From Planctomycetota bacterium (GTDB taxonomy: Bacteria > Planctomycetota > UBA8742 > JACQVU01 > JANLHZ01): a DNA stretch of 64,000 bases. The notes under the pieces were generated by a model. That model was not told the DNA's origin. It did not search any database and saw only the letters and a program-made list of their open reading frames with translations. The stretch is from the NCBI GenBank assembly GCA_024653775.1, contig JANLHZ010000293.1, forward strand, positions 400-64,399, read 5' to 3'. Positions 1 through 6,128 of the stretch are shown in pieces; position 1 is the stretch's first letter, and every line of letters starts with the position of its first letter. The translations under genes and the position numbers were made by a program.

Positions 1-948
1 CCCGCTGGAATAGACGACAAAGGGTCAGTTCCGATTTCTGCAATTCCTGAATTTAATGCCATTGAACGTACTAAAGAAATTGACCACGGCCAAGAGATGA
101 TGCCGATCATAAAGATTGACCAAGAAAATTTGATACATGAAAAACTTGACCGGATTCCTTCCAGCGTGAGAGACGGAATTTCATTTATGGAAAAGAATGA
201 AAGTCAGGTTAATTCACGACCGGTAAGTAGAAATGTGCTGGGTCTAAAGACTCGTGTCTCTACTTGTACATTTGAAGTTCTTGTCGGTGCTTACATTCCA
301 GAGAAGTATATCGATGACCCATCTGATATTGGCCTGATTTCGTGGTACGAATTCGAGGGTGACGACCGAGGACCGGCAAGTAGCTCGGCAGAAACACAAA
401 CAAAAAGCCGAGTGTGGATGAAGTATAAAATTGATTTTTGCAATCAGCAGCAGTTGTTTTCATATGGCATTGGGACAACTCGTCGAGTTAAGTTGGAATA
501 TGCCAGATCATCGTATTACGGCATTCCGATCGTTAGGCCGTCTATAGTGAAAAGAGAAGAAGCAAGGGCCTCCGGCGCACATACGACTGGTAACGCGGTA
601 TTTCCAAATAATTGCAAGGTAGAAATCCACATGGAATCTGCCGAAAGCAATCCATTTATTTCTTTAGCCCCAGCTATCGACATTGTTTTTGATATGAATG
701 CGTGGCTTTCTGACGGGACGATTTACTGGAATTTTACAATGAAACATGATGGATTTCCAAATTATGAAGTTTGGATTTCTGGCGGCGATGACTGGGTGCA
801 GCAAGCGCCTCAGGCTGTATACTCGTTTGATCATGTGGCACACGGACAAGTGCCACTGTCATTACTTCCAGATGCTGAATGGACTAAAGAGATGTCAGGA
901 ACAATTTCAAATTTAGTCTGCAATTGCTGCCCAACAAAGAATGAATAA
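1..948 (+). CDS. Hypothetical protein, 5'-truncated by the window edge (complete 336-aa copy on the right arm). Cys-rich C-terminus CNCCPTKNE. Low-GC island.
   Basis: Long ORF. The mirror copy 62933..63943 is complete. No recognisable family motif. Confidence 0.5.
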   Translation, partial: PAGIDDKGSVPISAIPEFNAIERTKEIDHGQEMMPIIKIDQENLIHEKLDRIPSSVRDGISFMEKNESQVNSRPVSRNVLGLKTRVSTCTFEVLVGAYIPEKYIDDPSDIGLISWYEFEGDDRGPASSSAETQTKSRVWMKYKIDFCNQQQLFSYGIGTTRRVKLEYARSSYYGIPIVRPSIVKREEARASGAHTTGNAVFPNNCKVEIHMESAESNPFISLAPAIDIVFDMNAWLSDGTIYWNFTMKHDGFPNYEVWISGGDDWVQQAPQAVYSFDHVAHGQVPLSLLPDAEWTKEMSGTISNLVCNCCPTKNE

Positions 949-971
949 CAGATAAAGGATCAAGTTGATAA

Positions 972-1391
972 ATGGTCGATACTACGATTGAAAACAGTTT
1001 CTTGAAAAAGTTATTATTTGGCGCATTGGTAATTGTTACGGCCGTTACAAATATGTTAGAGTCATACGCAGCAGGTCCAGTTAGTCCTGGTGCTCTTTGG
1101 AATATTGCTATGTTGTTTTCTCGGTTTGGGTTCCTTGCGATGGTAACGTCCGGGATATTGATGCTTTTTATCAGGTATCAGTTGGCGATGGAAATATGTC
1201 TTATTGCAACTTTGATGATGTGGTCTACACAGTGGTGGTTTTTAATGGGATTTATCAAAGGCATAATAGGTGGATCATTGTCTTCTATTCTCTTTGTCAT
1301 CCCCCAGGTGCTTTTGTTGGTTGTTTTATTTGTTTCAATAAAAGGTTTTGCCACAACTGATGATGCAAGCAATAGCAATAGTTTTCGGTAG
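972..1391 (+). CDS. Small integral membrane protein (about 4 predicted TM helices), function unknown.
   Basis: 139-aa ORF dominated by hydrophobic segments, 23 nt after the upstream gene. Low GC. Confidence 0.5.
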   Translation: MVDTTIENSFLKKLLFGALVIVTAVTNMLESYAAGPVSPGALWNIAMLFSRFGFLAMVTSGILMLFIRYQLAMEICLIATLMMWSTQWWFLMGFIKGIIGGSLSSILFVIPQVLLLVVLFVSIKGFATTDDASNSNSFR

Positions 1392-1478
1392 ATGCTTTAT
1401 AGCTATTGAGCGTGCATGGAATTCGTTTTTCCATAACTACCATTATACCAATGACTTACAGTAAACTTAAAAACGCTT

Positions 1479-1685
1479 TTGACGGAACGGTACTTTGACC
1501 GTGGCGGCGAAGACAGATTGGAACTATATCCAAAGTACGAATTCGACTATAAAATATGCCACTCGGAGGAGTGCCCAAGCTTACCAAAGGAGGACATCAA
1601 TCCCAGTGACAACGTGGGTGCGGGTTTTGTGATTAGATCGGCTGAGATTACTGAAACCGGGAGTTTTCAGGAGTGGAATAAATGA
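1479..1685 (+). CDS. Small hypothetical protein (68 aa).
   Basis: ATGA stop/start overlap with the downstream gene suggests translational coupling. No homology recognised. Confidence 0.35.
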   Translation: MTERYFDRGGEDRLELYPKYEFDYKICHSEECPSLPKEDINPSDNVGAGFVIRSAEITETGSFQEWNK

Positions 1686-2398
1686 AAAATCGAAGGCTCA
1701 TAAAACGGATAATAATGATTTCGGTTTTCATTCTTCTAATAGCAGGCGGTGCGCGTCTTTACTGGTATCTATTCATCTACAATCCAGACTACCACCGGTA
1801 CGCTTTGATCAAGCAGACCATTGAGAATCAAAAAATTCCGGAGTCTTGGTCCGGTAATTTTAGAGTCGAATCTAAACTAAACGCAGACAGTATTGAAATA
1901 TTTATCCGGTCAGTCAATGAGGCCGTGTTCAATATCCGATACGATGAATGCGAAATTCGCGATCATTTTGGGCGACCTGTTTCAACCTATGTAACTCATT
2001 ATAGGTTACAGCTTAGTGAAACTCAATTGGGTTGGTTTAAATGGGTTCCTAACTGGCAACGTCTCGATCAACCAGATACAAATAATAACAAGTACTATTT
2101 TGAATTGGTTCGACGTATAGGCTTGAAACGAGCTTCATTTTGCCGTCCGGATACTAATCATGGAATGTGGGAATACAATATCTTTCCATTGCGTGATGGA
2201 TTCGGGCCGGATTCGAAGACAGAAGATTTCTTTGGCGAACGGTTCGTTGCGCACATTGTTATCGAAATGAACGATGAAGTTGGTTCGTTCGATTTTGTGA
2301 ATATGATGTACGCGTTTTCCAACGTTGTAAGCAAGACTAGTGTTGTTGACGGTCATAATGTACACGCTCAGTTAACATTGTATAGTGGCAAAGTGTAG
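1682..2398 (+). CDS. Hypothetical protein with an N-terminal TM anchor (238 aa).
   Basis: N-terminus MKNRRLIKRIIMISVFILLIAGG is hydrophobic. 4-nt overlap with the upstream ORF. Low-GC island. Confidence 0.5.
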   Translation: MKNRRLIKRIIMISVFILLIAGGARLYWYLFIYNPDYHRYALIKQTIENQKIPESWSGNFRVESKLNADSIEIFIRSVNEAVFNIRYDECEIRDHFGRPVSTYVTHYRLQLSETQLGWFKWVPNWQRLDQPDTNNNKYYFELVRRIGLKRASFCRPDTNHGMWEYNIFPLRDGFGPDSKTEDFFGERFVAHIVIEMNDEVGSFDFVNMMYAFSNVVSKTSVVDGHNVHAQLTLYSGKV

Positions 2399-2431
2399 GT
2401 TGAAAAATAGCAACATTTTAAGGGTTGTTTA

Positions 2432-2728
2432 ATGCCTTCAAACCTTAGGTTTTTCCGTTTCGACTTGAGCCAGAATCCGGTGGATTCGTTGATTTACGTC
2501 AAGGCGAATACGCTGCAGATCGAGCTTGAAGCTCCGGGTCCGCTCACGAGGCTGGGATTCATTCAGGTGGATAACAATCCGCCGATTCCGGTTTTCGACG
2601 CAACCGACCTCAATCTTGGATTCGTGCAGGACATCGAGCGCGTTCATCTGCGCTTTTATCAGGAAGCCGCGCCGGGGTATTCGCTGGTACTCACCGCAAG
2701 CACCGCCGCGAAGCTCGTCGTCGGGTAG
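2432..2728 (+). CDS. Hypothetical protein (98 aa).
   Basis: GC-rich ORF with typical codon bias, just after the low-GC island. No family recognised. Confidence 0.4.
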   Translation: MPSNLRFFRFDLSQNPVDSLIYVKANTLQIELEAPGPLTRLGFIQVDNNPPIPVFDATDLNLGFVQDIERVHLRFYQEAAPGYSLVLTASTAAKLVVG

Positions 2729-2828
2729 TTTTCTATTCCCCACGATTAAAGTTTGAACCTTTCTTCGTCGAAAGATGACCTGAGCTTCGTTCTCTCATCC
2801 CGGGAGGACCGATATTCATCCGCCTACG

Positions 2829-3581
2829 ATGATCCGCGAATATTTTAATCAGTCGAAAAACCTCGCCGTGAGCTATCTGTACGTGATGCCCGTACTCGTG
2901 CTCTACACCGCGGGTCTTAGCCTCGCGAGCGAATCGCAGGCGTCGCGGACGAATTCCATCGCCGACCTTTTTCTATGGATCGCGGACCAGTTCGGCCATC
3001 AGAACATTTTCAACGCGCTGATTTTCGCGGGAATTTTCGTCAGCCTCGTCTACCTCAAAAAGACCGAAACCGGAGTGTCGCTCAAATGGTTTCCGCTTGT
3101 CCTCGTCGAAAGCGTCGGCTATTCGTTTCTGTTCCTCGCGTTCGCGACGTTCTATTCCGCGAACCTTCTTTCGCTCGGGCAGGGCGAAGGCGAAATGACG
3201 CTCTATTTCGACGTCGTTCTTAGTTTCGGCGCGGGCATTTACGAGGAACTCTTTTTCAGGCTGATCCTTCTCACGGGACTTGTAAACTTTTTCAGATTCG
3301 TGATGCGCCGCGACACTCATCACGAGTCGGCGGACGAGCCTAGCGTCTACATTCTCGCGATCGCGACGCAGGCGATCCTGTTTTCGCTCGCGCATCATTT
3401 CGTGCGCACATCGAGCGGAGGGCTCGACCTCGTTATCGACAACACTCCGCTGTTCGTCTTCCGCGCGGTCTGCGGCGTTCTGTTCGCGTCGCTTTTCCTC
3501 GCGCGAGGCTTCGCGGTCGCGGTTTACACCCACGTGTTCTACGACGTCATCGTGACTCTGATTAACCGAGGAATCATGTAG
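2829..3581 (+). CDS. CPBP-family intramembrane metalloprotease (CAAX protease / Abi-like).
   Basis: Multi-TM protein with YEELFFR (EExxxR), FSLAHH (FxxxH) and HVFYD (HxxxD) motifs in the canonical order. Confidence 0.65.
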   Translation: MIREYFNQSKNLAVSYLYVMPVLVLYTAGLSLASESQASRTNSIADLFLWIADQFGHQNIFNALIFAGIFVSLVYLKKTETGVSLKWFPLVLVESVGYSFLFLAFATFYSANLLSLGQGEGEMTLYFDVVLSFGAGIYEELFFRLILLTGLVNFFRFVMRRDTHHESADEPSVYILAIATQAILFSLAHHFVRTSSGGLDLVIDNTPLFVFRAVCGVLFASLFLARGFAVAVYTHVFYDVIVTLINRGIM

Positions 3582-3611
3582 AAATGGCGCTGATTCTTTA
3601 CTTTTGATTCC

Positions 3612-4268
3612 TTGGACCGAAAAATAAATCTGCGTCATTCGCGAAATCCGCAGATGTTTCCAATGAAAATCAAAAATCAAAAATCAAAAATCAGAATTCG
3701 ATTTCGTGGTATTGCCGCGCTCTCGATCTGCGTGGGAATTGCGGTCTACTTGTTTTACGACGACATTTTCGTCTCGAATTTCGCGACGCCGCTGATTCCG
3801 GAAGTCGCTGCCCAGTACGGCATCGATCCGTGTCTGCTTGCAGCGGTGATCGAGGTGGAATCCGCCGGGCAGCCAGACGTGGTCTCGCGGTCCGGAGCGG
3901 TCGGACTGATGCAGATCATGCCGGACACCGCGAAATGGCTCGCGCAGACCCGGGGCTGGAATCACGACGAATCCAGACTCTCCGACCCTGGCTACAACCT
4001 GCATCTCGGTTCGTACTATCTGGCAATGCTGCTCGAACGACACTGCGGGGACGTCGCGCTCGCTCTCGCGGCGTACAACGCTGGCCCGGGGAACGTCGAT
4101 AAGTGGATGAACGCCCACCCCGGCACGAACTCTCTGGAACTGATCAATACGTACGCATTCACCGAGACGCGCGAATACGTTGGCAAAGTTCTTCGTATCC
4201 GTGATTATTTTCGAGCGCGGCAGAGCGATGTCGGCTGGTCGCTACCTCTGATTCGACGTCTGACATAG
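3612..4268 (+). CDS. Lytic transglycosylase (SLT domain, family 1) with an N-terminal membrane anchor.
   Basis: IEVESAGQP (catalytic Glu), GLMQIMP and AAYNAGPGNV motifs. The start may be 3612 or the internal ATG at 3663. Confidence 0.8.
   Translation: MDRKINLRHSRNPQMFPMKIKNQKSKIRIRFRGIAALSICVGIAVYLFYDDIFVSNFATPLIPEVAAQYGIDPCLLAAVIEVESAGQPDVVSRSGAVGLMQIMPDTAKWLAQTRGWNHDESRLSDPGYNLHLGSYYLAMLLERHCGDVALALAAYNAGPGNVDKWMNAHPGTNSLELINTYAFTETREYVGKVLRIRDYFRARQSDVGWSLPLIRRLT
3666..3693 (+). repeat. (AAAATCA)x4 perfect heptanucleotide tandem repeat inside the 5' end of the lytic transglycosylase CDS.
   Basis: Read directly: atgAAAATCAAAAATCAAAAATCAAAAATCAgaattcg, encoding KIKNQKSKI. The unit length is not a multiple of 3. 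Confidence 0.95.
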
Positions 4269-4281
4269 GCAGGCTCCGTCA

Positions 4282-4345
4282 TGCGTATGCGCGCGCAATA
4301 TATTGTGCACACCGTAAGGCGCAAGGTGCAAAATATAAAGCATAC
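4282..4345 (+). terminator. Long imperfect hairpin (gcgtatgc...gcatacgc, with inner arms tatattgtgcac / gtgcaaaatata) followed by a T-rich tract. Candidate terminator of the transglycosylase gene.
   Basis: Inverted repeats read directly, followed by ttaatttttttcaactttc. 14 nt downstream of the stop at 4268. Confidence 0.4.
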
Positions 4346-4409
4346 GCTTTAATTTTTTTCAACTTTCACTTTCATTTCCAAATAATTCTCAAGAACCTCT
4401 CTCGGGGGT

Positions 4410-4417
4410 GCCGATAA
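4410..4417 (+). promoter_or_regulatory. Sigma-28 (FliA)-type -10 element GCCGATAA upstream of flgM.
   Basis: Exact 8/8 match to the sigma-28 -10 consensus, 58 nt upstream of the flgM ATG. The -35 (TAAA) match is weak. Confidence 0.35.
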
Positions 4418-4475
4418 ATGAAATAGAAGTTGCGAGTCCTAATCAGACTCGTGACCTCGAGTCGATTCCATTTTT

Positions 4476-4826
4476 ATGGAGAGGAGTAAAATGACACTCG
4501 GGGAAATCAACAGCCCTCGTGCAAACGACGTTTCACGTCCGCGCGAGGCATCTGGTAAATCCAGAACGCCTGAGAAGTCGGAAGATGTCAAATCGTCTGG
4601 TTCCGGAAGTCACGATGACGTTCAGATTTCCGTTGCCGGCCGCCTTGCCGAAGAGGTGAACGCGGTCGCACGTGAAGTTAGAGCGTCGTTTAACGAAGTC
4701 CGGTATGATCGGATAGAAGACGTCAGACGTAAACTACAGGCTGGAACTTACGAAGATCCGGTTTATCTTGAAGCCGCTGTCGGCAAGCTTATCGACAACG
4801 AAATTCAGGATCTGATGCTCTCGTAA
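4476..4826 (+). CDS. flgM: Anti-sigma-28 factor FlgM.
   Basis: C-terminal RYDRIEDVRRKLQAGTYEDPVYLEAAVGKLIDNE matches the FlgM family signature. Strong RBS ggagaggag. Size 116 aa. Confidence 0.6.
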   Translation: MERSKMTLGEINSPRANDVSRPREASGKSRTPEKSEDVKSSGSGSHDDVQISVAGRLAEEVNAVAREVRASFNEVRYDRIEDVRRKLQAGTYEDPVYLEAAVGKLIDNEIQDLMLS

Positions 4827-4854
4827 GCGATCTTTAAAGTTTAGATTCGAAAAA

Positions 4855-4882
4855 AGCGTCCTCAAAAGGGACGCTTTTTTTG
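4855..4882 (+). terminator. Rho-independent, bidirectional-looking terminator (agcgtcc-tcaaaag-ggacgct + T7, with an A-tract upstream).
   Basis: 7-bp GC-rich stem, 7-nt loop and a ttttttt tail, 29 nt after the flgM stop. Confidence 0.75.
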
Positions 4883-4936
4883 TATAACCACAGGTTGATA
4901 GAATCATTGTCCGAGGCTAATATTCGAGGTCTTTCC

Positions 4937-5010
4937 GGGCCCTTAGCTCAGTTGGTTAGAGCAGTGGACTCATAATCCATTGGTCGCTGGTTCAAGTCCA
5001 GCAGGGCCTA
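4937..5010 (+). tRNA. tRNA with CAT anticodon, most like tRNA-Ile2 (lysidine-modified CAU) rather than elongator Met.
   Basis: Cloverleaf GGGCCCT/TAGCTCAGTTGGTTAGAGC/anticodon loop CTCATAA/TGGTCGCTGGTTCAAGTCCAGCAGGGCCT. The anticodon stem-loop and T-arm are near-identical to E. coli ileX. No encoded CCA. Confidence 0.85.
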
Positions 5011-5062
5011 CTTTCACTTTTTGTCGATCCAGAAGACCTCGAAAGGACGCCGCGGGTGCAGG

Positions 5063-6031
5063 ATGAATGCCGCCATAACCTTCAGTCGGGTAACGAAGGT
5101 CTTCCAGCATAGACAGGTTGCGCTCGCGGACGTCAGCTTCGAGGTCCCGAAGGGAGTAACCGTCGGACTGCTCGGCGCGAACGGCGCGGGGAAATCCACC
5201 GCGATCAGAATCGCGCTCGGACTCATAACCGCAAGCGCAGGCGACGTCCAGGTCTTTGGCGAAGCGATGCACCCGGGCGCGAAGTCTCTCCGCCAGAGAA
5301 TGGGTTTTCTGTCCGACGATCCGGCGTATCCGCGTGATCTCACCGCGATCAGCTACCTCGCGTTCGTCGGCAAGTGCTTCGGTATGCCACGCAAGGAACG
5401 CCTCGGAAGGATGGGGACGCTGCTTCGCGCGGTCGGGCTTACCGACGACGCCGGGCGGAAGATCGGAACCTTTTCGACGGGCATGAAGACCCGCCTCGGC
5501 ATTGCCGCGTCGCTTATGAACGATCCGGAGATTCTGATCTGGGACGAACCGACGTCGGGACTCGATCCGATAAGTCGCCGGCAAACGCTCGATCTTCTCG
5601 ACGAATATCACGGAAAGAAAACGATCGTCCTGAGTTCGCACATTCTTGGCGACGTGGACCGCGTTTGCGACAGACTTCTCGTCCTGAATCAGGGTCAGGT
5701 ACTCTTCGACGGGCATCGCGGGGAGTTGGAGAATCAGACTCGCGAATTCATCCTCGAGCTTCGACTCGAAGGCGCGGTGGGGGACTTCCGCGCGGCCATG
5801 CGATCTAGGCTCGGCCGCGAAGACCTCTGTCAGGACGGCGGGACGGTGCGGATCGAACTTTCAGGCGCGGGCGAACTGCATCTGACGGTCGAGTCGCTGC
5901 TTGCGCTCGCAAAGGAAACCGGCGTCACAATCGCAGGGATCAACTCAACCTCCCGGCGGCTGGAAGACGCGTATCTGAAACTGATCTCGGAAGACGAGTA
6001 TCGCGGACTGCTTCGCGTTGCGGAAAGTTGA
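5063..6031 (+). CDS. ABC transporter ATP-binding protein (ABC-2/export type).
   Basis: Walker A GANGAGKST, signature-like FSTGMKTRLG, Walker B ILIWDEPTSGLD and H-loop SSHIL. The start was moved from 5021 to the ATG at 5063 because the ORF track start lies 11 nt after the tRNA. Confidence 0.85.
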   Translation: MNAAITFSRVTKVFQHRQVALADVSFEVPKGVTVGLLGANGAGKSTAIRIALGLITASAGDVQVFGEAMHPGAKSLRQRMGFLSDDPAYPRDLTAISYLAFVGKCFGMPRKERLGRMGTLLRAVGLTDDAGRKIGTFSTGMKTRLGIAASLMNDPEILIWDEPTSGLDPISRRQTLDLLDEYHGKKTIVLSSHILGDVDRVCDRLLVLNQGQVLFDGHRGELENQTREFILELRLEGAVGDFRAAMRSRLGREDLCQDGGTVRIELSGAGELHLTVESLLALAKETGVTIAGINSTSRRLEDAYLKLISEDEYRGLLRVAES

Positions 6032-6037
6032 ACATAA

Positions 6038-6122
6038 AATTCGTACCGTCTACGAATTTTATGTATGATTAAAAATGCTGATTAAAATAATACGAATAAT
6101 TCGTAGACGGCACGAATAAAAT
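6038..6122. repeat. Inverted pair of a ~24-nt element (AATTCGTAGACGG[C/T]ACGAAT) flanking a 36-bp AT-rich spacer between the ABC ATPase and permease genes.
   Basis: 6038..6060 aattcgtaccgtctacgaatttt is the reverse complement of 6098..6120 with one mismatch. Each copy is itself a 6-bp-stem hairpin. Confidence 0.6.
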
Positions 6123-6128
6123 GTTCAG

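Noticed and set aside
4282-4345. The extended hairpin upstream of flgM was considered as a riboswitch or sRNA.
   Set aside because: No conserved riboswitch core motif was recognisable. Its position directly after a stop codon, followed by a T-run, fits a terminator better.
5021-5062. The ORF track starts the ABC ATPase at 5021, the HerA-like gene at 15235, pgi at 17549, nagB at 20231 and the CE4-like gene at 9619.
   Set aside because: These extensions begin 11 nt after the tRNA or overlap upstream genes. Internal starts with plausible RBS or conserved N-termini were chosen instead (5063, 15307, 17663, 20153, ~9268).
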